Part shown: positions 30,857-40,341 of the stretch, piece by piece | How positions within the stretch are numbered: position 1 is the stretch's first letter | Layout: every line of letters begins with the position of its first letter | From: an uncultured Nitrososphaerota archaeon | GTDB lineage: Archaea; Asgardarchaeota; Njordarchaeia; Njordarchaeales; Njordarchaeaceae | Assembly (NCBI GenBank): GCA_964518475.1 | Contig: CAZFGR010000002.1 | Span: 43,699-107,698, forward strand | DNA: 64,000 nt | Reading direction: 5' to 3' | The notes under the pieces: model-generated | The model's input: only the letters and a program-made list of their open reading frames with translations | Told to the model about the DNA's origin: nothing | Databases searched by the model: none | Program-made: the position numbers and the translations under genes

Positions 30857-32751
30857 TTAACCACCTCCGCTTCCTCAATGGCCTTTACTGGACAGAATAC
30901 TCTGCATACGCCGCAGCCAGTGCATTCGTACACATTAATGATGATTTTTCCGTTTTCTCGAATGATTGCGGGGCAACCAGTGATTCTTATGCATGCTCCA
31001 CAGTTAATGCATTTTGAGTAATCAATAACATATTTTCTCGAGATCTTGCCTGCTCTGACCAGTTCTAGGGCGCATGGTGATCTGATAACTACTAGGGATA
31101 CTCCTTCTCTTCTGATAGCTTCCTTCAATATATTCACCAAGGTGTTGAAATCAGCAGTATCCGTGACTTTAATGAACGGTACCCCAATAGCCTCTGCTAT
31201 TTTCTCTGGTCTGATTACTGGAGCAGGATCACCCATTGCTGTTTTTCCAGTTGTTGGGCATGGTTGATGCCCAGTCATAGCTGTTATGGAGTTATCAAAC
31301 ACTACTACAGTGATGTTGGCTCCGTGCATAACCGCGTCTATTAGTGGGGGAATACCAGCATGGAAGAAGGTTGAGTCCCCAATTACAGCAATTATTGGCT
31401 CCTTAACTCCTGCATGATAGAAGCCACAAGCCATTCCAATACTCGCGCCCATCGCTACACAAGTATCGATCGCTCTCAATGGTGGATGTACGCCTTGATT
31501 ATAACATCCCCTATCCCCAACAATTATTCCCCGTGCTCCTAGCTCCCTAAGTGCTTGTTTAATAGCTAAGTAGTTTATTCTATGAGGACATCCCGCACAG
31601 AGGTGCGGAATCCTCGGCGGTACTTCTGTGGATTTTGTATGTGTTTCATTGATTTGCAGGGACAAGATTCTCCCTAGAGCTTTCTTGATGATGTCTGGTG
31701 ATAATTCGTATTCACGGGGTATATGTCCCGTGATTCTACCATAGATTGGGAACGTTATTTTCTCTGATTGAGCGATCTCCTTTACTTCTTTCTCAACAAT
31801 GGGTTCTATTTCCTCAACAATAAGTACTTTTTGAACGCTTCTGAGGAATCCGCTTACGAGTTTTCTGGGAATAGGATGCGTAGTCACTAGTTTTAGAACA
31901 CTAACCCTATCTCCCAATTCTAACTCATCTATAGCTTCCATAACGTATTGGAAAGAGACTCCACAAGCTATTATGCCCATTTCAGCTTCTTCTGGACCAA
32001 TAACTTCATTGAGTTCACATGTGTTGAATAGTTCCTCTGCTCTCCTGTTCTTCTCGTTAAGAATTGAGTGGTTCTTTCTGGTATGGGGGGCTATCATAAC
32101 ATATCTCTCGGGATTTGGCTTAAATGACGCTTCTCGCATTTTCGCGTTAGTATTAACTGGTTCAACGTTAACTAGCTCATAACTCGTTGCAAGTTTCTCC
32201 GTATACCTCACCATCACTGGTAATTGAAGAATCTCACTCAGCTCGAATGCATACTTCACAACCGTTTTTGCTTCACTAGGAGAGGTAGGTTCTAGACAAG
32301 GAATCTTTGCCAACCTTGCATAATACCTAGTGTCTTCCGCATTTTGGGAGCTCCAGGGATGAATATCGTCCACCGAGATAATTACGAAACCCCCATTAAC
32401 CCCCGTGTATGCGGATACTAGCAGGGTATCGGAAGCAACATTAATTCCCAAGTGTTTTGAGGAGTATAAAGCCCTTAGACCAGCTAAGGCAGCGGCGTAG
32501 GCTATCTCGTAGGCAACTTTTTCATTCGTCGCCCATTCAGCATAGATACCGTGGTACTTGGCCACTTTTGATATCGCCGTTAATATGTCCGAGGCTGGAG
32601 TACCTGGATACGAGGCTGCAACTCTTATTCCAGCTTCTATAGCTCCTCTAGCAACGGCATCATTTCCACTCATCAAAAATGTGCCAGATTTCTCAATCAG
32701 GTGACGATACTTAACCAATTCCTTGTCCAGCATTTTTGCCTTATTACTCAT
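30853..32751 (-). CDS. iorA: Indolepyruvate:ferredoxin oxidoreductase alpha subunit
   Basis: YPGTP, NEKVA, LCAGCPHR, IGDSTFFHAG, TAMTGHQP, two C-terminal ferredoxin motifs. Confidence 0.95.
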   Translation of the reverse strand: MSNKAKMLDKELVKYRHLIEKSGTFLMSGNDAVARGAIEAGIRVAASYPGTPASDILTAISKVAKYHGIYAEWATNEKVAYEIAYAAALAGLRALYSSKHLGINVASDTLLVSAYTGVNGGFVIISVDDIHPWSSQNAEDTRYYARLAKIPCLEPTSPSEAKTVVKYAFELSEILQLPVMVRYTEKLATSYELVNVEPVNTNAKMREASFKPNPERYVMIAPHTRKNHSILNEKNRRAEELFNTCELNEVIGPEEAEMGIIACGVSFQYVMEAIDELELGDRVSVLKLVTTHPIPRKLVSGFLRSVQKVLIVEEIEPIVEKEVKEIAQSEKITFPIYGRITGHIPREYELSPDIIKKALGRILSLQINETHTKSTEVPPRIPHLCAGCPHRINYLAIKQALRELGARGIIVGDRGCYNQGVHPPLRAIDTCVAMGASIGMACGFYHAGVKEPIIAVIGDSTFFHAGIPPLIDAVMHGANITVVVFDNSITAMTGHQPCPTTGKTAMGDPAPVIRPEKIAEAIGVPFIKVTDTADFNTLVNILKEAIRREGVSLVVIRSPCALELVRAGKISRKYVIDYSKCINCGACIRITGCPAIIRENGKIIINVYECTGCGVCRVFCPVKAIEEAEVVK

Positions 32752-33212
32752 GCATTACCCGGTTCATTACTTGCCATTCGTAAAAGTATTGAAAGATTCG
32801 CACAAAAACAATTCCCAAGACGTTGCAGATCCCAGACAAACTAGAAAAGCTGAGAAAATTCTTGACAAAAGTTCAACTAGATGTCGAGTATTTTTTACTC
32901 TCAAATCTATACGTTAGTATATAAATCTTTCCTTGGTGTTTTAATTCAACAACACTATTCCGATTACACTCTCTAAATCTAGGTTAGTGATTCAGCCGTT
33001 TTCGCTTAAGTCGAATTGTTAAGCAGAGTTTCCTGATAAAAATCTTGAATTGTTATGAGGAGTATCAGAGGCTTGGCTGAATAGTCTTCCTCTTTTAAAT
33101 ATTTTGATAGTGTTTCTCTTCTCGCGATGTTTCTTCTGTAATACATTTATATACGATAATGAAATATGTTTATTACTAAATGATGCGCAATCCAGATCTA
33201 TGAGGTGTCTAT

Positions 33213-33464
33213 TTGTCGGTAATTATTAGTGTTAGGATTGATAGGGAATTGAAGAAGGAAATGGATAAGTTCTCTTACATTAATTGGAGCGAAGTTATTA
33301 GGCGGGCTATTGAGAAGAAAATAGAAGAGGAGAAATCGAGAGTTCGAGAGAAAGATATGGCACGTATTAGGAGGGCTAGTGAGATTACTAAGAAATTGAG
33401 GAGAAGAGTTGAAGGATGGTCTTCTGTTGATGAGATAAGAAAGTGGAGGGAGCTTCGTGGCTAG
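33213..33464 (+). CDS. vapB: RHH/CopG VapB-type antitoxin
   Basis: ISVRIDRELKKEM..INWSEVIRRAI; overlaps the PIN gene. Confidence 0.85.
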   Translation: MSVIISVRIDRELKKEMDKFSYINWSEVIRRAIEKKIEEEKSRVREKDMARIRRASEITKKLRRRVEGWSSVDEIRKWRELRG

Positions 33465-33873
33465 ATATGTTGTGGACGCTTCGGTGATCGTTAAATGGTT
33501 TGTTGAGGAGGAGTATTCGGATAAGGCTCTTTTGTTAGAGCGTAGCTATGTGGAGGGGAGTATCGATATTGTTGTGCCAGAGCTATTGTATTACGAGGTT
33601 CTAAACGCGTTGAAGTATTCTCATCGTTTTGGTGAAGACGAGCTCAAGGAAGTTCTTAAAGCCTTGACGGATTATCAATTCGATTCGAGAAGGCTTGTTG
33701 GAGAAGTTGGGGAAAAAGCTGTAGAATTGGCTATGAGAAAAGGCTTAACCATATATGATGCTGCCTATGCCGCTATAGCTCTAGTTGAGAAAATTTATCT
33801 CTGGACAGCAGATGATAAATTAGTGCGAAAATTGGAGAGTTTAAGAATTGTAAAACACATAAGAGAGTATTGA
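33457..33873 (+). CDS. vapC: PIN-domain VapC toxin
   Basis: VVDASVIVKW, EVLNAL, TIYDAAY, TAD. Confidence 0.92.
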   Translation: MARYVVDASVIVKWFVEEEYSDKALLLERSYVEGSIDIVVPELLYYEVLNALKYSHRFGEDELKEVLKALTDYQFDSRRLVGEVGEKAVELAMRKGLTIYDAAYAAIALVEKIYLWTADDKLVRKLESLRIVKHIREY

Positions 33874-34192
33874 AAAATTCTTATTGTTCTCTCATTATTC
33901 CATGACTCAGTTCAAAGACCATTTCTAACTTATCATCATCAGCTAAAAAGATTAGGAGAGCCTTAATGTTCAACGCGATACAATTGATTCTTTTCAAGGT
34001 ATCCGTGGTAATCACAGCATTATTCGAAGGGATAACATTAATAGAAGCTGTTCTTATGGGAGATGACGGATTTGCAATAATTTTTTGGCACTTAATTCAC
34101 TTAGGATATTAGGACGCAAAAATTAAGCTACTCCAAATATTACTCCTTATTAATAAGTTGAAAAACAGCATTATCTATTAATCATTACGGGT

Positions 34193-35104
34193 GTGTCCGC
34201 ATTGTATAGGTTAGTGAGTCTTAGCGGAGACTCAATGGTGTTTAGAGCTCCCACGAATCTCGGAGTTATTATAAGTGGTGAGAAAGTAATTGTCATTGAC
34301 ACTGGTTATGGTGATGATAAAGCTAGGAGATTACTTAAAGAGCTTAAGAACTTGAATAAACAAGTTATTGCAATCATTAATACTCATTGCCATGCGGATC
34401 ATATCGATGGAAATAAATATTTAATAAAAAGAACTGGTGCCAAACTCTTCGCACCAGCAAAAGAGGTTTCGTACATAGAGAATCCAGAACTCTACATGAG
34501 GACATTCTTTAATCAAGCAAGACCATGGTTTCCTAAAGGCACTAAATTCATGACCGCTAAACCATCCGAGGTGGATCAAAAACTAGTAGAGGGGGAATTT
34601 AAGATAGAAAATATCACCCTAAGGATTCTGGATCTCCCTGGCCATTCTTTTGGACAGATCGGAGTTTTAACAGAGGACAAGGTTCTTTACATGGGAGACG
34701 CTGTCTTTACAAAAGAGATCTTGGATAAGTATCCACTGGTTTTTTACACTGATATAGACTCTCTCATAGCATCCTTCTCGAAAATACTTAAATGTGATGC
34801 CGAGATATTTGTTCCGGGGCATGGAGAGATTCTGACAAGAGAGAAGCTTGAGGATACAATAGATTATTATAAAGAGAAAATCGAGAAGATTAATCGAGCA
34901 ATTTTGGATCTCCTTAAGCATTCAACTGGAATTAGTGAGATCATTACTAAATTATGCAAGCGTCTCAATGTTCCCCATACATTCGAGCAATATTATCTAG
35001 CGAAGACAATAATATCTGCACATCTATCTTGGCTAGTTAATCATGAATTCATAGAGATAGAGCTACGAAACTATGACTTAATTTTCAAGCCGAGCAAGAA
35101 ATGA
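34193..35104 (+). CDS. Metallo-beta-lactamase-fold hydrolase
   Basis: IDTG, THCHADH, PGHS, GD, PGHG. Confidence 0.9.
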   Translation: MSALYRLVSLSGDSMVFRAPTNLGVIISGEKVIVIDTGYGDDKARRLLKELKNLNKQVIAIINTHCHADHIDGNKYLIKRTGAKLFAPAKEVSYIENPELYMRTFFNQARPWFPKGTKFMTAKPSEVDQKLVEGEFKIENITLRILDLPGHSFGQIGVLTEDKVLYMGDAVFTKEILDKYPLVFYTDIDSLIASFSKILKCDAEIFVPGHGEILTREKLEDTIDYYKEKIEKINRAILDLLKHSTGISEIITKLCKRLNVPHTFEQYYLAKTIISAHLSWLVNHEFIEIELRNYDLIFKPSKK

Positions 35105-35159
35105 AATATTATATTTTAATTTTTTGGCCTTATGATTTCGAAGGAATTGGGGGATCAGT

Positions 35160-36563
35160 ATGGGTATCTATCAGGAAATAGATGGTTTCTTTAACCCTGA
35201 ATCAATTGCTGTAATCGGCGCCTCAGCGACCCCTGGTAAGATAGGTTATGCTGTTTTAAAGAATCTCTTGGAGTTCTATGAGGCTGGTGGAAAGCTCTAT
35301 CCAATAAATCCCACTAGAGACGAGATACTTGGGTTAAAGTGTTATAAATCGATCCTCAATGTTCCCGGTAGCGTTGATATGGCCGTTATTGTAGTTCGTT
35401 CCAAGATGGTTCCTCAAATAATTGATCAATGCGGTAAGAAGGGTGTGAAGAACATCGTGATAATCTCTGGGGGCTTTAAGGAATTGGGAGGCAAATTTAG
35501 GGATCTAGAGGCAGAGGCTTTGGAGGTGGCAAGAAAATACGGAATAAGAATCATTGGACCTAACTGCATCGGTGTATATGACCCGAGAACAAAAGTGGAC
35601 ACATTTTTCCAACCAAAGGAGAGAATGCTGAGACCAAAACCAGGTAATGTGGCTTTCCTGACACAAAGCGGTACCTACGGAATAATCTTGCTCGAATGGT
35701 CAGCAATGGATGAGCTCGGGATAAGCAAGTTCGTGAGTTATGGAAACAAAATGGATGTGGACGAGGCAGATATACTAATGTATCTAAAAGATGAACCTTA
35801 TACAGAGGTAGTAGGTATTTACCTCGAAGGACTAGGAGATGGAAGAAAATTCTTCCAAGCAGCAAGAGAATTCACTAAGAAAAAGCCCCTAATAATTCTT
35901 AGAGGAGGATGGAGCGAAGCCGCGCGAAGAGCCGCTCTAAGCCATACGGGGTTCTTAGGTGGCAAAGGAAGAATCTATGAAGCAGCATTCAAACAAGCTG
36001 GAGTCATTATAGCCCGAACGTTAGAAGAATTGTATGATATGGTCAAGGCATTAGCCAGGCAGAAATATGCTAAAGGGCCAAGAGTCGCGATGATTAGTAA
36101 TGGTGCAGGACCCATGGTTCAAGCAGTTGACGCTGTTAGCGTAGAGGGATTAAAATTAGCTGAGCTAGAATCATCTATCAAGGAAGAGTTAAGGAAGAAT
36201 CTATCCCCATTCACTATAGTGGAGAACCCCGTAGATTTAACAGGTAGTGCTACTCCAGAGGATTACAAAGTGGCAATGGATATTCTCCTAGACGACCCCA
36301 ACGTAGACATGCTCTTCGTATTCTTCGTGCACCAAAACGCCCCTATGGACAAGTCAATAATTGACGTTATGAAAGAGATAAATAAGAAGGCTAGAGACTT
36401 AGGAAAAACAGTCCTAGCTGGAGCTGCTGGAGGCCCATACACACAGAGCCTGAACAAGGAAATGGAGAAAGCAGGAATACCAACATATCCAATACCTGAG
36501 AGATTAGTAAGGGCTGCGAAGGCTCTTTACTTATGGGGTAAAAACGTATCTGGAGAGAGTTAG
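35160..36563 (+). CDS. acdA: ADP-forming acyl-CoA synthetase, alpha subunit
   Basis: IAVIGAS, GPNCIG, TQSG, SHTG (phospho-His), NPVDLTG. Confidence 0.9.
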   Translation: MGIYQEIDGFFNPESIAVIGASATPGKIGYAVLKNLLEFYEAGGKLYPINPTRDEILGLKCYKSILNVPGSVDMAVIVVRSKMVPQIIDQCGKKGVKNIVIISGGFKELGGKFRDLEAEALEVARKYGIRIIGPNCIGVYDPRTKVDTFFQPKERMLRPKPGNVAFLTQSGTYGIILLEWSAMDELGISKFVSYGNKMDVDEADILMYLKDEPYTEVVGIYLEGLGDGRKFFQAAREFTKKKPLIILRGGWSEAARRAALSHTGFLGGKGRIYEAAFKQAGVIIARTLEELYDMVKALARQKYAKGPRVAMISNGAGPMVQAVDAVSVEGLKLAELESSIKEELRKNLSPFTIVENPVDLTGSATPEDYKVAMDILLDDPNVDMLFVFFVHQNAPMDKSIIDVMKEINKKARDLGKTVLAGAAGGPYTQSLNKEMEKAGIPTYPIPERLVRAAKALYLWGKNVSGES

Positions 36564-36679
36564 ATGGTGTAAGATTTTTCTTACATATGTAAAATTATCA
36601 GATACATTTTTATATCTTCTTTACACCTATTAATTATTGATTATCCCACCAACTTTTTGCACTAAAATGGTGGATTCTT

Positions 36680-39277
36680 ATGCAAAAAGCAAAGTTGAAA
36701 GTGTTACTAGCTGTATTAGCCCTCCTTTTACTAATGAATGCCCCCCTAACAGCGACCGTTAATGCTTTACAGCCAAAGCAGGAGACCAATACAACGCTAA
36801 GCTATGATATCTACGTAGAGGGTATAGATATTCTGTATGGAGAGAACGGTGCCGTAGCAGCTACAGTCAACATTATTGGAGGAAACATGAGTATAGGCTT
36901 CGACATAAACGATCCAGCATTCGATCACTTAGAGTTCATGTGGATATCGTTTGGAAAAGGACTGGACTGGACCCGGTATATCCATAAGCCTTTGTGGAGA
37001 TATCCAGCAGGCGTCCAACTAGTACTTGGTTATAAGGTAACATTTGGTTTCTCAGAAGATGACGCGATACAAAGCGGATTCGACGCAGCAAGAATCATTG
37101 GTAAAGCATATGGATTAAAGCTTTACGTCATGTGGGAAGAGTACAAGAATGGTATCGTAACAATGATCTTTTACGCACTAATGGACGAGGAAGAATTCGA
37201 CACCTTCTTTGAAAACAACTTCACGAAAATCCTGGGAGACGAAGGATTCGGTAGCTATGTTACACCACAAGCTATTAGAGATTCTCCCTACGCTCGATTG
37301 ATCCTAGCAATATCCAGGGATCGTGAAGATTTAGATAGGGATGGAGATAAACTAGAGTACGTGCCTATTGCTGGAGCTGGCTTTATCGCAGAGGATGCCG
37401 TAGTACCAGATGGTGATGATTATTACAAGATATCCCTTAACAACATTTTCCAAAGAATAGGCAACATTACTTGGCATCCAGACTCCCTATTCAGCGCAAT
37501 AACTGTAAAGATTCCATTCCCAGTAATACTGGATAGAAATGCTAGCACACCAACAAACAGCTCATTCCCAGCAGTCACTGGTAAATACGAGTATATCCTA
37601 CATGCCAAAGATCCCGCTAGCTTATGGGAATACAACTGGCCCACACCCTTAGATGATATCGTGATCCGATTCAAACCCTACAACTATACAGAACTAGCAA
37701 CGAAGTTCCCAATTATCCAAGCCAAATTCTATGCTGATCCATACCCTGATGGCGGATCCGTGACATCTATCACATTAACTCTTGAGGTCACGAACATAGG
37801 TACTACAACCGCATACCACACACACGCAATCATCCCATTAGAGAGAGAAGACTATGAGAGACTCCGCTTGCTACAAATCCTCGGCATCCTAAATTCAACA
37901 GGATGGAAACTGAAACATATTCGGACTCCACGGGGAGAAAGATATTTGCTCCTAGCGCCTATTGGTGATCTATCACCAAACGCTACCCAGACTGCTCGAA
38001 TAACACTAGACCTGGGTGCTACGGACCAAAGTGGGATCGTACCATTCTTCTTTGGCCCTATAGTGGCTTATACTGATGAAAAGGGTATCCGATATAGCGT
38101 ACTTGCGAATGGTATTGCTTACCCATTCAATGGAGCTAATAATAGTGGTACATTCATCATCCCAGAGATATATGTATCAACGCCTACTGGAGAAAGCTAT
38201 GTTGAAGTTGGCAAATCTGTAACCATTAGTGTAAACATAACAAACTTTGGTGGAATGCCAGCAAAGGATATCAACGTTACAGTTATTCATGCCATAGTTG
38301 ATGAACACGGCAATATCATAGAGATGAGACCTATTGATGAATACCATGTCTCTGAGTTAAAGGGCATTCCAAACCAAATCAATGAGTGCTCGGCATTGTT
38401 CGAAACTATATACCAAGTTAGGACTCGTCCAGGTATGCACTTGGTCGGTGCTATTATCGAGTATAAGGGTGCTTATGTCAAGTATGCCCACAACAATACC
38501 ATCGAGGAATTCAATGCAGTTATAATGACAAATCTGATGTCGATGTTCGTGTTGCCGCCTTATAGGGTAAGAGGTAGAATCTTTAGGTACCCATTACCTC
38601 ACGCAGAGTTAAGTGTCAACAAGACTCTAGAATTCGATAATGAGACTGGTTTAATCACTGTTAGACTCACAATAACGAACATTGGTGACTATCCAACCCA
38701 GATAATGCACATAGTTGATTACTGGAACGCTTCTCAAGTAGAGTTCATTGCTGATAGCGTAAAGGTAAACGGTACTGTATCCACTACTGCTGGAGCATTC
38801 ATTAACAACAAGATCGGCGTGGTTTATGTAGTTATCGCTAATAGAGAAAACCCAATCTCACTAGGTGTGAATGAGACAATTGTTGTTGAATACCAACTAA
38901 ATGTAACCCCAAGAAACACGACATTCGAACTCGTGTCTCATCCAACGATTGTTCTGTATGACTTCGGTCCCTACGAGATGGTTAGGGAAGAACAACCGAT
39001 CCGAGAAGAGGAGGGAGAAGGTAGTGAAGGCGAACAGGTATATGTTAGAGCAATTCGCATCTTGCAGGAAACAACAGAGAGCCAACCAGTAGAGACATTT
39101 ACTCAGGCAATAATCCAGGTAATATCTACAATTCTGCCACCAAAGCCAGGACCAGGAGAAGGAGAAGAAGGAGGAGCAGTTACTCCGCCACCACCTAGCA
39201 GAATAGGATTCATCCTACTACTTGCAATCATAGCGGTGGTTATCGCAACTGTTTCCTTAGCTCGAAGAAGAAGATAG
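36680..39277 (+). CDS. Large membrane-anchored surface glycoprotein with Ig-like (CARDB/DUF11-like) domains
   Basis: Signal peptide; three 'V/I.(T/N).TN.G' Ig starts; many NxS/T sequons; Pro/Gly/Glu linker, TM helix, RRRR tail. Confidence 0.85.
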   Translation: MQKAKLKVLLAVLALLLLMNAPLTATVNALQPKQETNTTLSYDIYVEGIDILYGENGAVAATVNIIGGNMSIGFDINDPAFDHLEFMWISFGKGLDWTRYIHKPLWRYPAGVQLVLGYKVTFGFSEDDAIQSGFDAARIIGKAYGLKLYVMWEEYKNGIVTMIFYALMDEEEFDTFFENNFTKILGDEGFGSYVTPQAIRDSPYARLILAISRDREDLDRDGDKLEYVPIAGAGFIAEDAVVPDGDDYYKISLNNIFQRIGNITWHPDSLFSAITVKIPFPVILDRNASTPTNSSFPAVTGKYEYILHAKDPASLWEYNWPTPLDDIVIRFKPYNYTELATKFPIIQAKFYADPYPDGGSVTSITLTLEVTNIGTTTAYHTHAIIPLEREDYERLRLLQILGILNSTGWKLKHIRTPRGERYLLLAPIGDLSPNATQTARITLDLGATDQSGIVPFFFGPIVAYTDEKGIRYSVLANGIAYPFNGANNSGTFIIPEIYVSTPTGESYVEVGKSVTISVNITNFGGMPAKDINVTVIHAIVDEHGNIIEMRPIDEYHVSELKGIPNQINECSALFETIYQVRTRPGMHLVGAIIEYKGAYVKYAHNNTIEEFNAVIMTNLMSMFVLPPYRVRGRIFRYPLPHAELSVNKTLEFDNETGLITVRLTITNIGDYPTQIMHIVDYWNASQVEFIADSVKVNGTVSTTAGAFINNKIGVVYVVIANRENPISLGVNETIVVEYQLNVTPRNTTFELVSHPTIVLYDFGPYEMVREEQPIREEEGEGSEGEQVYVRAIRILQETTESQPVETFTQAIIQVISTILPPKPGPGEGEEGGAVTPPPPSRIGFILLLAIIAVVIATVSLARRRR

Positions 39278-39313
39278 TACCTTTCTCTTTCCTCTAACTA
39301 TTTTAACCATTTC

Positions 39314-39784
39314 TTATTTTTCTCGTATTTGCAAATCTTCGTACATTCTAGTAAGACGATCCCCAGAGGAGAGGTTTAATGGTTTATTCCTTATGACTAA
39401 ATAATTTTTTGCTTCCTCTAGTGTTAGTTTTTGTCTATGTTCTTGATCCTTCCAGAGTTTTCTATAGTGGTAAAAGTACTCATAGAGTTCGAGTATATCT
39501 TTGGTGTAGAGGACGATGTGATTCTTTATGACTTCGATTTTCATGTAGAGAGGTAATAGCTCAAATAAGCATACATCATAATTCTTAGGCAGCATTCCAG
39601 CTATTTTGTTTGTGAATTTTTCCTTATTTTTTACACCTGGTGCGACTACACAAATATCAATTTCGCTTCTTTCACTAATTTCTCCCTTAGCAAAGGAGCC
39701 AAAGATTAGGATAGAGTGTACTTCTTGGAGATCAAATATTTTCTTGATTTGCTTTTTTATTTCCCTAATTTTTTCGCTATCCAA
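39314..39784 (-). CDS. Minimal nucleotidyltransferase (MntA-like antitoxin)
   Basis: IFGSFAKGE..RSEIDICV; FELLPLYMK. Confidence 0.85.
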   Translation of the reverse strand: MDSEKIREIKKQIKKIFDLQEVHSILIFGSFAKGEISERSEIDICVVAPGVKNKEKFTNKIAGMLPKNYDVCLFELLPLYMKIEVIKNHIVLYTKDILELYEYFYHYRKLWKDQEHRQKLTLEEAKNYLVIRNKPLNLSSGDRLTRMYEDLQIREK

Positions 39785-40196
39785 TTCTCAACCACCTCTA
39801 CAAACTTTAGTATAGGCTCTAATAGTTCCTTAATACTTTCGAATGTTATTCTATCGTCCAACTTATTGTAACGATGCACTAATCTGTTCCTCAAACCATT
39901 AGCTTCTACTAACTTCTCCGAAAGATCCTCATCTATTGTTCCTAAATTTTCTAAGGTTTCTATGTTCGTGTAGTCATCTTTTGGTGAACACCCGTATCTT
40001 TGCACATCATAGCTATTATATCAATGACAGATTCAACTGCTTCTTGAAACGCCTTATAAACAGCTAATTTGGTTTTTTCGTCCCGAACGAAATCCTCACT
40101 CGTGTAATTCAGCGTCCATTCGTCAATCTGCGATATTATTGTTCAATATGTAGTATTTTTCTCGCGATACCTCTTTAAACGATTTTCATCAATCAT
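39757..40196 (-). pseudogene. HEPN/DUF86 (HepT-like) toxin, disrupted
   Basis: MIDENRLKRYREK, in-frame TGA at 40145-40143, KLAVYKAFQEAVE, frameshift near 39990, then GLRNRLVHRY (RX4H). Confidence 0.8.
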
Positions 40197-40341
40197 CACG
40201 ATCACGGGAAATATAGCGTAGTGGTCAAAAAATAGTTTAAAAAGCTGTGTCAATAAGTTTCCAGAGGATAAAAACTATTAAAGAATTTTTAAGTAGTTTG
40301 TTTTGATAAGTTAATAATTAAGTTCTTTTCGGGCGGTTCCT

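Noticed and set aside
40143-40145. In-frame TGA as selenocysteine
   Set aside because: It is not at a Cys-equivalent site, is explained by compensating indels, and the gene has another frameshift
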